Origin: Balanoglossus misakiensis
Taxonomy: Eukaryota > Animalia > Hemichordata
Assembly: GCA_040954595.2 (NCBI GenBank)
Contig: CM082577.2
Span: 9,759,846 to 9,823,845, forward strand
DNA length: 64,000 nucleotides
Direction of reading: 5' to 3'
Below, piece after piece: positions 39,601 through 54,600 of this stretch; positions within the stretch are counted from its first letter, which is position 1, and the number at the start of each line of letters is the position of its first letter. A model generated the notes under the pieces. The model saw only the letters and a program-made list of their open reading frames with translations. It did not search any database and was not told the DNA's origin. The translations under genes and the position numbers were made by a program.

Positions 39601-42600
39601 TGACAAATGCCGGTTAATGGAACTTGCAGTTTACTTAAACTGCACTCGTTGCAGTCCAGATGGAATTGAGAACCGATTTGCACTGTCAGAGAATATGGCT
39701 CAAGTGTTTGATTAGTGTTGTTATGTTTTGCAAGAAGTAAATTGAGGTTGGTGGTAAGTGAGTCACCAGTTAATTCATGGTGAATTAATTATAGAACACT
39801 GTACTGGACTTGTGGGTAGCGCTGTTCAGAAATTTTCACCATAGGAAAAGTATACCATTAGGAGTGCGAGAAAAGTGCTGACTCAGCATTTTCCACAATA
39901 TGTGAGACCCCCTAACTGAAAAAGTAGCATGGGAACACTTTGTTTTCTATTTATTTTTCTATTTTACATTCATTGATAAACAATATATACTGTAAAACAC
40001 TTTATTTTCGCGTGTTGAAATTTTCGTGATATCGAGAGTGGCCACTGTTTCGCGAGTATTAATTTTCGTGTTCTCTTATTTCATTCACTGCATCGATATC
40101 TTAAAAAAAATTACGCGACTTTTTATTTTCATGCTAATTTGTGTCTCGCATATTTCGCTAAAATTTATTGCTCGCGAAAATAAAGTGTTTAATTTACAGT
40201 ATAAAAATCAGGAAAATTAATCTAAATTTTAAGTAGACCACTACCTAAAATGTTTCTTTTGCAAGGTATTGGCAATGTTACACTGCTTACCTTGGTGAGG
40301 TAATAGACAGTCTGTTGGAACGTGTACATGACCACCTCCTCCATGACGGACAAGACTTCCTCGTCAGCCGCGGCCAGCGACGCCCTGGATCCTGGAGGCA
40401 GACTCTCATCCGGGCTCATCAAGTAATCCACCAGGGAATTCTGGAAGTGGTTCAGCATCTCCAGGGCGTTGGCCATCCAGAATATGATGGCCTGCAGGTC
40501 CGGGAGCAGCTCTTTCATGGAATGGACAGCGTCGTTCGGCCTGGAAAAATGTTGACAACAGTGGGATAAGAATCGGGGGGAGGTGACTTGACTAATGCAT
40601 GTTGAAAATGGGTGCAAGTTTTATTGAATTCTGCACTACGTCAAATCAGTCATTCTTTGAGCGAGCAAAATGTATTCACAGTAAACACAAGAGTGGAACA
40701 TACTGAAATATACAAAATCATACATTTGCTTTTGTTTAAGCTTTTGGCGGTCAAAATTCCTCCCAGCTGTGAATATGTTTGAAAAATATCTAGTACATTC
40801 TCTCTTGACATACTTTACATCATGGAGTCTATTAAAATAAAGAAACAATCAAAGAAAAAAAAATACAGGACTGGAAGATCTTCAAATTGGATGACCCTCT
40901 CCCCTATATAAACTGAGGCTCTTAGCTTGTCCTTGAGAAAAGATCTGCACAATAAGGCAAATTACAATTGAATCATCAACCTATCTATGCTCTGGTTGTC
41001 TTTTCATCAGATCGTGACCCCACAGCATGCTCGATGGAGCCATCATGAGTGGATAATGGTAACGGAATTATGCGCCTCACCGGAGTAAAGACAGATACCA
41101 TAGACAAACAGGAATCTAATTATTCTCGGTATCGCGGTTTAATTCTTGGTTCATAAAGAGTTCTCACACGAGTTTGCTGGTTTACCCAGGATGCACTGCA
41201 AGGCCTGATTTGCTGACAGTCAAACGACAATGAATTTAAGTGTTTATTTTCTCATCAGATCTGAGATCTTATAGGAGGGTGGAGTCAGGGAGTGTCTTCT
41301 GATTGCCAGTTCATATAATATATATCAAACTGCAATTTCATTCTTTCAATTATTCTATCATACAGGAATTTTCTGATGTTTTTTCTCAATGAAAATCTTG
41401 GCTCTGTCAACAATATAAGTTACCGGTACACCACAGACACAGTTTAGATCAGATATCATGAGTCAGAAAGCCAGCAGGTAATACACACTTTGTATGCATG
41501 TACTCTTGCCTTGGGGTGTAGGTTGCTTTGTGTTTCCTGAGACTGATTGTACGTTCAACAGTCTGCTGAGTTTTCACTCTGTTATCTGTGGTTGACAGGA
41601 CCTTTTGAAGGTTACATTCCTGATGACAAAACTCCATGCTTTCTGATTACTGTGGAAACAGTTTCCACTAACCCTGTACCAGGCTCACTGCACTTCTCAC
41701 AAGCACATAACAGTATGACTGAAGTTTTTCTAATGCTGTCATCTATAAAGATCCTATGTAAAAGGAAGCTTTCAGAATGCCAAACTTGTAGATAATCATT
41801 GCTAGTGACAGCATAGCATTGCCACCTGAATTTTCAATGATTGTGATGCTTTTCAACAATTTGTTTACTGACACTGTATTTTATCAGATGTTTCAACATT
41901 CACAGATTAAAAATGACACAACTATTTCAGTATATTAATTAATTTTTCCCAGACATCACAAAGCTGGCTGCCAGCATAACTAAGTTTGTCAGTCAATGAC
42001 CTACACAGGAAAAAGTGTGGTCAATATTGATAAATGCCAGAATTTGATGTAGAGCTATATTTCTGCATATTTTCTGAGATATCTTTGAAGATGAAATAAT
42101 TGTGATAGAGAGTATATACTATGATAACAAAAAACACTGACTTCAGTGACTTCACTAATTTTTATTTTATTTCACCCTGGAATTGACTTGTCAACTCACC
42201 TGGCTGGCTGTTTGTTGGCAATTTCTTTTGTCTTGTCCTGCAGCACATAAATAATTAAGAAGAAAACGTCAATAATTAATGCAAAGCAATCCAACAATCA
42301 TCAAGGAATGAAACGGCCATACAGTCAAGGCACCCGGAAGATCAGATCTCATTATCCAAAACTCAACAGGGATATAGCCAAAAGTTAACAGCTGATGGAT
42401 ATTATACGCACACGAACAATACAAGGGGCTTTACGAACTCCCCCCACACCCCTTTCCTCTTTCAGTCAGTATTCAAAACCCGGGATAAGTAAAATCAATA
42501 TGGATGGATCAATATGTTGCAATGGAAGCCCTATAGTTTTTTCTCGGCAATTGTCATCCACACCTAAAACGAGACACTCTGCCCCAGGGACAACTGGCAC

Positions 42601-45600
42601 ATGGCCCAGAGTGCTTCACAAAGCAAAACCGGTGGAGATTACCTAACAGTCATGCTAAGACACATTCAGACCTGTTTATGAGGTGCATTTCGCGGGTTTT
42701 AGTGCGTTGGAAGGATGTGGTTACCTGTTGTTGTGTGACATTACGAGCAACTGGAAAAAATTTTCTCAGTAGTCGAAAATTAAGACCATGTAGCCTTTTC
42801 TGGTTTTGTCTACCGGCACACTTTTCTAATGTAATTTTCAATTGTTAAAAAAACAATAAACATGCTTTAAGTATCTGTTTGTGTAAAGTGTCGGTCTAGA
42901 ATCAGACATGAAATAGTCGTGAAGTTTTACAAAAGCTCAATAGTAAAATTTTAAATGCACATTTCACTGTGGTATATATATTTAATCTTCACATTTATTT
43001 AATCTCCAAATTTGAATTGTCCTTGTGTGCAATAATCAATTTGTAGAAAATTCTTTGAATTAACTGACTTGCATGCTAAATGCTCTTTTGTTGTGGCACA
43101 CTTTTATGTCTGCAGTGCAGTACAGAAGGTAACCACACAAAACGCCTCATGAAATATTTAATTCCAACCACAATATCAACTTGACTGATTTTATTTTACA
43201 AATGAATATGACATTTAATGCTGAGTTTACTCGGCATAATCGAGTCACGCCATGTGCAAATTTGACGGTCGCCAATTCAACACAGCTATACACTCTGAAG
43301 TCATGTAAATTGGTGTTACGAGATTTATTGATTAGCAACCACTGAAATGCATGTCAGGAATTTCAAGCTCGTAAACTTGTCCCTGTTTTTTTAGAAGCCA
43401 TTAACTTTCTCCAAGTAATTAAGCTTGATTCATACCCACAACAGGTAACATTAGATAGAATTGATTTCCAGCCCCAAAGCCCGCTCTGAGGAATTACTTT
43501 TGTTCTATGCGTGTATGCAAGAATGTTATTTGTTTGTTGTTTTCAAGCTCGGATATTTGTCTGCCAGGCATTTGGTTCCTGTCAAATGTCAGGGATGAGA
43601 TTATGACCTTGATATCATGAAAATGCTAAACTTGACTGGTAAAGAACATGTACACACTTGATGGTAGCCATGGACCCTATAATGACCCTTGACCTCTCTG
43701 AGCCCATCAGATTATAAATAAAGATGAATTTGGCTAGAACTCATCCCATCACACATTTTTAAAGAATGACAGCCCATTACACTTACCCACGCAATGCTTT
43801 GAACCAATCCAGAGATTTTCAGAAGCAGCTTCCTGGTGGCCACCTGGTCGTGATGGTAGGCTGAATATTCCACACACATGCAAATCAGATACGCCGGCGT
43901 AAATTTGAATTCCGCGCTGTCGATCTGAACGAGCGTGGTGACCTTCGCCAGAATGTCGTCCTCGTCTTTGGCGTCGTACACCATCTTGAGGCGCGTGTCG
44001 TTCTTCTGGTACTCCTGGGCTTTCTTCCTGAGGTGGTCGCTGAAAGCGTCTTTGGGCTTTGTGAGCGAGTCCGCGCTGCTGTGTTTTTTGATCGGTGGCG
44101 CTGCAGGCGCGGGCGTCGCAGGTTCCGGAACCGGCGCCGACTGCAGCCACTTCAAGTCCAGCGGGATCTCCTTCGTCGTGGTCGGGTCCTTGAAGAGGAA
44201 CACGTAGTGGTTGCCCATGGCGATCAGGTCCCCGGGCCGGAGCTCCGTCTCCTTGGCGACGGGGGCGCCGTTGACCGTCACCTTGGCGATGGGCAGCGGC
44301 TCCAGGGAGACCACCATGGCGCAGTTCTCGGCGCTGTCGCTGATGCGGTAGCTGCGGTTGGCCGGCTTCTTGCACACCCAGCAGTGCTGCGGCAGGATGT
44401 CGTGGGCGGAGAGGGAGACGTCCGGCTTGTTCTCCTCGTCCAGGTCCTCCTCGTCCTCCGGCGGCATCCTCCCGATCATGGACACCTGCTCGTTCAGCAC
44501 GTACAGCACCAGGTCGGTCTGCGGCGAGTAGCCGCGCAGCGTCAGGAAGTACGGGAAGTCGTGGGGCGCCCGGTAGTTGTAGAGCGCGGTGGGCTCGTCG
44601 TGGCTCTCCGTCTCCTCCGGCTCGTGCAGGAGCCGCTGCAGCGAGCCTTTGTCATCGTCGGCGTGCTGCATCTTCGACATGCCGTAGTCCGCGGCGACCA
44701 CGTTCGTCAAATCCGGCGGCTCCTGCTCCGGGACGATGTCGGAAATTCCATCGCTGCTCCCGAGTTTGTGCAATCGCACCCGGGACAACTGCAGACGCCT
44801 GGCATTGGCGTTAATCCCCGACGTGATCGTGTCGATTTCCCCGAGTTCCTCCGCGACCGCCGAGCGTTTCCGCACCTCGAACCGCCGGGAGAACCCCTCC
44901 CCGGGCTTCCAGAACGACTGCAGCACCAGGGGACGTTCGTTGTCCTCCACGACCCGCACACACTCGGTCGTCCACACCTGGCCCTTGGTCTCCGACTTCA
45001 CGAACTTGCCGATGACGTCGCAGAGCACGTAGTCGACGTACGACGAGCGCGTCAGGCTGTACCGCTCCAGGACCTCCTTGACGAGCTCCACGGCCGACGA
45101 TCGCATGGACGCCAGCACGCTCTTGTACTGGGCCCCGGGGCAGATCTGGTCCCCGTAGACCTTCAGCACCCCCGGGGTGGCCTGCTCCGTGGACAGCTCC
45201 ACGCTCTTGGAGACCACGTCCTCCTCCTTGTCCTTCTTCCGCTGGCTGAAGCGCCTCTGGAACATGAGCGCGACGCTGGAGCCGCTCTTCATGTTTTTCC
45301 GGGCCTTGATTTTGGCCGGCGATCGGGTGGTGGCGCTGTTCGACTTGCCCTTGTGCCTTGGCTGGGACAAGTTGGCGTTGATGAGCAGGCCGGAGGCTCC
45401 GCCGTTGCTCACGGTCACCTCCGATTTCTCCTTCTTGCCGGACAGACTGGAGTTTGAGATGCTGCTGCTCAGGTCGCTGGAGAGGCTGGAGTCGTCGCTG
45501 AGCGGCTGCATGATTCCGTTGATCAGTTCGCCGGAGTGCTCCAGTTTGACGTCGATGCAGCCTTCCTGGCTGCCTCCGTTCATGATTGCTTTGATGTTCG

Positions 45601-48600
45601 GGAACTTCAAGGGCAGAAGGTGGCGATGATGATGATGATGCTTGGCTGGCGGGGAAATGATCTTTTTGGCGATGGCCGGACTGCCGCCTATGCGGTGAGT
45701 GTCCATGCGGAACACAAACCTGGGAGTGATTCTGGAGTTGAGGGTGACATCCAGGGGCTTTTCCTCCTTGTCCAGCAGAATTTCATCTGTGTGTGGGGAC
45801 AGTGAAAGGGAAACTTGTTAGAACTGGACAAAATTTAAACATAGCGTCTAAGTGATATGCCAAGTGGTTTCCAAGTTTTTGATGTGGACGGACATACATC
45901 CATACATACAGATGTAAACGATCCCATAAGGTCCCACTGGTATATATACATATACCAAATGGGACCTAAAACACGAGAATTTAATGTTGAGAAGTTCACC
46001 TACAAAGCCTATGCTGACAATAGGCGACTTGAAGAGACCAACAAGAAATTAGTGATATCAATCTCTCAGCAAACAAACACTCTTACGACTTTAAAAAGAC
46101 TTGCCACTCGACCATGTCCCGAACACCATGACAGTAATCAAACTTTTCAAAAGTAAACAACAACATGAACTCAACCTTGACAATCCAACAAAGATACTCA
46201 ATCAGTGAGACGTATAACAGCGACGAAAAACACAGTCCGTAAAAAAGTCAGAAAAAAATGAAAGTTCTTTTAATATGGGAAGTAGGGGAATGAGTCCCAC
46301 CTGTCCCAATTATCCCCTTGTGGGGTTTAAACATTTCACACTCTATACGCAGAGCAATGAAAGTCACATTTTAAGACCGGCTGGATTATTGATTGTGGCT
46401 TAAGCACGAGAACCGTTGCAACCTGGTTAGGTATAGCAACAAAAAGGCTACAGATCGACAGCCTGATGTTTTATAGAAGTCATGCCACGCTGAAATCGCT
46501 GCTCAAATAAGTCCAGTAAAGCATTATACTCACCCACTCTGAACAGAAATATTCTCTAGAGAGTTAAACTAGTAAAGCACATAAGCCCTTTCTGGTTTAA
46601 AGGTTTCAGCAGGTACGAATCCCATAAATATTTTATGCCCTACTCCACGTCAGGTGCTTGAAGCCCCCGATGTCAAAAAGCCAAATTCCTGCAACACTGA
46701 CCAGTTAACAAATTTTTACAATGACCTAGCTGGGTGACAGATCTAAAATAAACTCGCATGTATATCATTATATGCTTGAAGTATGGGGTCTTGTATATTA
46801 CTACAGGAATCAGGGGTCAGTGGTCAAATTTGTGAGGATCAAAAAAGTTTAAACAGCCGCCTTGCAGGGTTGTCAAAACAATGGCTATTAAACTCAAAGT
46901 TTCAAACACACAACAAATACTCTTGAAACTTGTTAGTGCTTGCCTGTATACAAAAACACTCACAAGCAAACGGCTATAATTCGGTTAAGTTGTTCAAGTT
47001 CAAAATCGAGATATCTACTGTACATACTCACATAAAATCGACTCACAAGTCAAGTGCAGTCATTGCTGACTCCAAAGTGATTGCGTCTCGATTTAAATGC
47101 GCGCATTTGTGCCCAGCACTCCAACCACTGGATCCGAGTGTACCCGGGTTAAAGTGTGTTGTGAGTCGAGACGGGTGAAACGTAATCCCTATACGTACAC
47201 AAGGTGAGTGTAGACTGACAAGCGTAACTCAATACACGGCGGCTAAACAACCCCACAGTCACAGTGCATTTGCATATACGTACGGTACGGGCCGACAGTG
47301 ACCGCCTGTATATAACACCGCTAATCTTACAACTCTCCCGCTTTTGTTTCAGGAAAACGCTGTAAAGGTGCCCCCAGGGTCTTAAATTATTCAACAATGA
47401 CAAGGCTTTTGGTGCCTCAAGAGATGTCCGTTTAAAACAAATTATGAGCCATCGCCAGATTAGCATGAGAACAAGAGGGATGATCGGATTAGGGGAGTAA
47501 TTAATGGAGGCACGTTCCATTAACCTGACAGGGGGGGGGGGTATAACCACCTGTTGATTTGGAGGGAGGGCATGTGGAACTTTGGGCTGAGCTTCACAGA
47601 AATGTTCTAATTAGGATGCAGCAAATCCATCAGAAAAGTATATCAACTTTTGAGACACAGGCCATTACTGTAAGACTTTAAACATAATTCTCTGCAATGT
47701 CATATAACTTGGCTCCCATGGTATTTAGTATATTTGAATCTTTCTGCAGTCATACAGCATAGCAAACAGACAAATATAACTAAGGGTGTCTCTACACTGT
47801 GTTCATTAAATCAAAACCTCCCCTCAAATTCCTAAAACTGTGAAATAGGAGTAAAATTTGGATGTATAGATATATAATTGAGACATTCCGATTTTAACAG
47901 GATTACAACTTTACAATGCTTGAACGATCCTTAAATGTCTGGATGCCATAAAATCTTCAAATGTGTAAAGTTATAGAAACCGCACATACTCTAACTTTTA
48001 TTTCTCATTTAGCAATCACTTGGGACAGATAGAACAGAACAATAGGGTGAATGTGAAATGAGACTTCAAAGTATCTGTAAAGTTAACTGGCTTTTTCATC
48101 CTTTATAGAGTTTAAAGACTGTGCCTCTTGACAACATACTGAGCAAATTCCTCCAGAAATAACTATCTTTCTCCTGAAATTTTAGAATTGTAAGATTTTC
48201 ATTCTAGTTTTAATTGTTTTTATGGGGCTTTTATTAGCTGACTCAATTTTGCCACTCTTTTTGCAGAAAACCAAATACACTCAAGACGTATAAAATATTT
48301 CACAATACACTGTACAATAATTTGAGAAAGATTTCAACTGCACTGGACCACATACGCCAGTTCAAGAACTGGTCTGGTGAATCCGTTTAAAGACATTTTT
48401 CGATTAAGAATAAAAGAAAGCAGTGTTGCAACTCTAAAGAGAATCAATTGAGACAAGCTTTTCTTCCTTTAAACTCCACAGCAGTAAAAGCAGAAACAGT
48501 GCAGGGTCAGTTATTGGAATTATAAATCACTGTACCGATGTGGCACTGACCAAATCGGCCGAGACCAGTGGTGTTGAATTGTGTTTTGTTTCATGTTTAG

Positions 48601-51600
48601 CTGTATTTCCAATGAGCATCCACCCAGATCGACGTTACACAAAAACGTGGGTTGTAAATACTCGCAAAGCTGGTAATTAATTCTGGACATGGAAGCAGAG
48701 AATCAGAACTGGCTTTCATGTGCACAGGCCAGTGACGGTGTTACATGCAATATACAGGCATCTTGTGTACATTACACCGGCACAGAAGAAACAAGAAACC
48801 ATACACTTTGGTTTTGTTTGAGCTGCAGTTTACACAGAGAAGCAACCATTCCGGGATGTGTTATCATATCAACACACACAGTATTTCTTCGGAGCTGGAG
48901 CAAAACAGATACAGTGTTTGAAAACACACTGTCAACATATTATAACAAATCATTACTCTATGGTGGTACATACACACCTTGAAAATCAAATTATTGAACT
49001 TTTTTCTAATATTTTGCACAACTTACTTTTATTCAATTGTAAAATTGAGAATAAAAATTGGGAGTCACTAGTGACTATGCAAACTTTTGAATGAGCGAGT
49101 ACGTCTTTTTTTCAAATTTGAAATAAAAAATGGCCATCAATCTATGTGTTAGGGGAAAAAAATAACAGTAGTGATGTCTCATTCTACTGATACCAAATAC
49201 ATTTTATTGTGCTTGTCAACATCGCCTGTATGTGTGTATCGACCACTGTTATTGTTAATAAGTGAATTCTAGTCTGGACTTGAATTCAATTTCTAACAAT
49301 AACAGCGCTGATTTTACACATATTGGCTGTGTTTATAGGCTAAACATTGGGTATTGCATCAAGCTTCAGTGATTCATACAAGAAACTGCGCAAGATACAC
49401 AAAACGAAAAATACTGAAAAAATAGCCAAAAGTCAGTTAATGGACATTTGAAGCTATTGTATAGTTTCAAGGTTATCCTCAAATAGTACTTGTGTATGGC
49501 GAGTATCCGCACACAAAAATTATCTGTAAAAAAGTGTGAACTTTGAGTCACAATGAAGAGCTATAGAACTTTGTACTAATGTAAAAATTGTAATATGCCT
49601 TTTTTGCATCAATGGTGACCAATATGTTGGCCTAGAACACAGTGTTCTCGAACATCATTTCAGACAACAGGCATTGTGTACCCCGAAAAGACTGCACCCA
49701 ACAAAAGCTATTATCCCTTTCCACACGAAGTACAAGGCAGTGATACTTTTGTGGATCCAAGGACCGGATCTATGTCTTCCCACTCACATTGACTGCTGAC
49801 CTGTTATTGACCTCTACACCATCCGCCTAATAAATAGTCTGTCAATCGCTATGTGTCACCATGGCAACCTAGTTTCAGATACTTGTTGACCTGCGGGTAC
49901 ATGCCAAGGATCAGTTTTCAATACTTGTCTCGATCGTTTCGACTAAAGTGACGAAATAAAGTTAGCTTAGCCTTTTGTTCCATTTTAAATTCAAACCAAT
50001 ATTTATGGAAACAAATAATGGAGAACACAGACCTTAATCCTACATCTAAACAGCATAGCATGTAATGCGAGAGTTCTCGACATTTACACTTCTATTTGTA
50101 TTCCATTGTGTTTGGTGGAGTATGACATCATCGTTTCCTGTTGTTACCATGGTGATGAACCCTTCCCAGGAACATGTACCCCCATTACTTGACCCCCTGC
50201 TCACTGCTGGCGTCAACTTTGTCACCTTTGACGTAATATTTGTCAGTCTTTGTGTAAATTTTGCACTTCACATGCCAGGATGACAATCTTAAGAAAAAGC
50301 CTGGCCCATTAGAAAGTTCTGATGAAGAAATACGCCACTGGCATGTTCAGCTTGTATGGTCGTGTTGTATAATAATGGATGGTAATTTTTAATACATACC
50401 AAAACATACAAACAGATGAAAATATGCATAGAGTATGTTCACTGCCATAAAATATTTTCTATAGCTCTGGAGTCTGGTTCTTTTTAAGACGCCATTCTCA
50501 GTGAAAGTGGTCGGCATTTTTCTCAGCCACCTGACTGCCATGAAATTGAAGACAGAAACATGAAAACTGACCATGTTTTGAAACTTAACAAAGAATGACT
50601 GCACATACCTCACTTAACACAGGTAACGTCACGGTAAAAAAAACGTTGCACTCATTGACATTAAAGCACTGTATGGAGTGGTGCGATACATGTCACCGGT
50701 ATAAATTACAAGCACAGGTCACTCGAGAAAACGCCACCGCCATTATATTCCCCAATTGTAAATTTTAACGGCAGTATATCCTTCAAGCTATTGTGCGTCC
50801 ACTCTCTGACCGGGCATTCATTTCCTGTAGTTACAATGAATATTTCATACAAAGCCATCAACCCAACGAGAATTCACCATGCACTCCCACTGTGACTTAG
50901 TTCAGATTTTAAATTTCCGTCATTCTCAGTTGCCCGATTGTCAAAGCTAGCCATGATGTGAACTTGTCATTCAAGTACGCCCCGGAAAGCTTCCTGAGTC
51001 CTTGTCCCGGAGTTTGAATCAATGAAAGTCGTGCGAGAGTGGCGGACAGGTGTATACTTCTGTTATCTGGAGTGTGAAGATGTATGTCAAACTTGTCAAT
51101 TATCTGACAATACAACCACGATTATCGACAGATCTATAGGGTCAAATATCAACATTCTCAGGATTTATTTTGATGACTTTTAAAGTCTGGTGCTAAATAG
51201 GCAAATCTGCAGCTCAGCAAAAACTTTTCCCAAAACCTAAGTACGATTTGAACATATTGTGCAGCTACAGTTAGTATGACAGTGCTGTTATTGAGGGCAG
51301 CAAGCTGGAAATGAGGTAAAGACGAGGGTAGCACCCTGGAAATAAGGTACAGTAAATACTTTACAAGGCAGAGGTTCATACGCAACTGCAACAAAAGTCC
51401 TTGACTCACAATGAGATTTCAAAATTATTTCAGTCTAGACATTTTAAGTAGAATAATTGATTTGAATTCTAGGTTGTTATGACTTATCTACTGTATACCT
51501 CTCTTTCATCTGTCTGTGCGTAAATCTGAAGATTGTATAAATTTATGTGCACAGGTAACACAATTTAAAACAGCCATTAAGTTTACTTTTACAGCGGCAA

Positions 51601-54600
51601 TAAACATGATGTCCTTTCATGATGCAAATTGTGTCAGATGATCAGAGTGCCAAATGGGGCGGGAGAGACAGAATGGGAAATTCAGACTTTCACGGTCTCT
51701 TAAGACAGTTTCGATCTGGTCACTTGGTGGCGCTAAGTCAAGTAAATTATTTGACGGAAAGTAATACAAAAGCAATGCTTTACATTATGTGGACTTGTTG
51801 GTGCGCCCTCTATGTCCGTTTGTTACATCAAATTTCGTTTGTTTTCACAGAAATCATGAGGAGATATTCAAATTTTAAAAAAAACAGTGTAACTTTTTGT
51901 TATATTATGCTAGATGTTGTGTTTGAGTTGAAAATATAACAAGGGGTAGTTATTTAGTTATAATGCATTTTTTTAATTATATGTGACTCCTGAGCTTTCA
52001 TGTCCACATTATATGGAAGTGGAACTAAATTATTCAAGAAAATTCACTAACATTGTGCTGATGACCTTGACAATTTAATTTTCAGTTTCAATTTGAGACT
52101 ACAAGCAGGAAGTTCAACAATTATGGCCACTTCAAAGTACTCCTGATACATTCATTGCTAAGAAGGGGGAATCCTGTGTTGAAGTGACTAAAAGCCTGAT
52201 GACGCCACAACTTCTAGGTCATTTCTGGTCAAGGTCAAATCTACAGGATTCTAAGGAAAGTGAATTCACCAGTTATTTGGCTATTTGTACCTGCCTATTT
52301 GCACAATTAAATTATCAAATCAAAGGCACTTTTCTTCATATTTTGTAAAATGGAGGAGTCTTAAAATTTGCTTATTTTACTATTTGTACCTGCCTATTTG
52401 CACAATTAAATTATCAAATCAAAGGCACTTTTCTTCATATTTTGTAAAATGGAGGAGTCTTAAAATTTGCTTATTCACAATTAAAGCTAACTTATAGGAA
52501 AACATTAAAGGGACAAAGTCTCTCTCGCTGCCCTTTTCTATTAATTATCTTTGATACAAGACACCATTTATGTTATTCTACATGCGGATATATAGTGAAT
52601 CAACAGCATACAGCTCTATACAGCCTGAGCTAGTCCCCCTGGCCGTTTCTCAGAATTAATGGCAGGTTCTTCTGCCTCCGAATCTAATCAAACCAGAGTA
52701 CAGTCGAATTCAACCTGACGAATTGGTTTCGACTTGCCCACTCCGGCGGAAAACCCCCCACAAGACTTGTGTGTCACAGCTGATAGCTATTCTACCACTC
52801 AGTTTGCTCCGCGGAAGCTCTCACGCCAGAAACATGAACCATGTGTAATTGGGCGTGAGTGCTACACTTCAGCCATCCCTTCAGTCCGTACACTTAACGC
52901 TAAATCGAATTAAGCCACGGTTTGGCTTTTGACATAGAGAGAGTAGACAAATTCGCCACATCTGCGAAAGATTTTGTTTTCTCCCCAGCAGAGCCAAAGC
53001 GTATTACTGTAAAACGGGTTATTTTTGCGACAGGAAATTTTCGCGATATCAACAGAGGCAACTGTTACGCGAGGATTAATTTTCGCGTTCTCTTATTTCC
53101 TTCACTGCAACGTTATCTCGAAAAATATTTTACGCGACTTTTTATTTTCACGTTTTATTTTGTTCTCGCGTATTTCGCGAAAATTTCTTGCTTGCGAAAA
53201 TAACCTGTTTTACAGTACTTATCCAGGACGCTCTTATGACATCACCAAGCAATAATGGGTGCCTAAATTAAATTTACTCGCCGAGGTTATCCAAACGTGA
53301 CTGAGCTCATCTACCGAACACCTCCATACTGAAAGCACTGCTATAATAGAATTCACCCTTGTTTTCTGCACTCAGTGATCTTGGGTTCACTTCGATTACA
53401 CCTGGCTTTTGTTTACCGCTTTCCAATTCTATTTTTCGCCCTGTAGAAACTTTACACAGCGAAGGGAGCTCTCGTTCGGCGACGGGTAATCAGAGACCAT
53501 ATTGACTGCGATAAGGTCCGCTGCAACTCAATAGGAAGTGTGCTAAGACCCTTAAACCCCCCATTCACACTGGGTGGCTCTCGGAAGAAAGGAAATATAA
53601 CCTCCCATAGAACTCGGTGTGCGAGGTTGAGAGCGAAAGTCTCTCTCTCCCCTGGAGGCATGCGTTCTACTGAAGCGGAGACGGATCTGGTGACCCGCAA
53701 AAAACTGCGATGGTTTCACGGATAAACTGCCGAAAAATGTGGGTATCTGAAATGCCTGAAAATCTGCATAATCTCCCATATCCCATAAACATGCAAGTCT
53801 ACTATGTAATTATTACTTGCAAAACATTTTCCATAACAATCTGGCATTTGATTATTGAGTTTTTGTTTTTTGGTCCTTTTTACATTTTTCAGATTATTTG
53901 CATACTTTTGGTGATGACAACTTGAATAAAGTCCAATATACAGTCCATCATGCATCAACGCATCAAATAGCCTGATGATATTTGCCACTTTTACATTCGA
54001 TAAACAAACTACTGGAAACTAATGAATGAATGAATGAATGAACAAACAAATGAATGGATGGATGGAAGGATGGATGGATAAACATATACGTACATACATA
54101 CATACATACATACATACATCCATATGGTACATACAAACAGACAGACAGACATGTGGACTGATTCCATACACTTCCACTGGTATGATAATACTAAATAGGA
54201 GCTAAAATTGTTTCCCACTCAGCCATTGAAAAAATCATTGTAACAATGTATGAGACCATCAAAAGCTAACTTGTTAACTGTTGTGAATTCATGCATGTCT
54301 GAAGGCAGTCAACCAAAACACAATGGCTAAAAACAGTAGGCGAATCAAAGTATATTTTTAAAGTATATTATGTTCAGACGTTTTAGATCATAGACACCAA
54401 CACATGTGGTGTTATTTGGTTCTTCTTGTCTGTCAGTCTGCCTGTCTGATCAATATCAGTCTCTTTATCTCTTTTATTTGCTACAGCGCATTGTCACATT
54501 GAGTAATCTTTATTTACAAAATTAGCAAGGTGAAAACTTCGCATAGGAGACAGGTTGGGCACGGTGAAATATTCTTTTGATTATGTTTCACTGCAGTGTA

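Noticed and set aside
44033-45457. 474-aa + strand ORF
   Set aside because: Antisense shadow of GC3-rich RADIL exon 3; no recognisable domain.
46526-46620. Candidate extra RADIL exon ending at a GG|GTGAGT donor (46534)
   Set aside because: Upstream ATGs hit stops before the donor; only the donor motif supports it.
49214-49337. Hairpin as a pre-miRNA
   Set aside because: The 2-nt loop and ~60-bp arms fit a decayed palindromic MITE better; no recognisable miRNA sequence.
52281-52475. Direct repeats as a CRISPR-like array
   Set aside because: Two abutting 99-bp copies with no spacers, in eukaryotic intron context.
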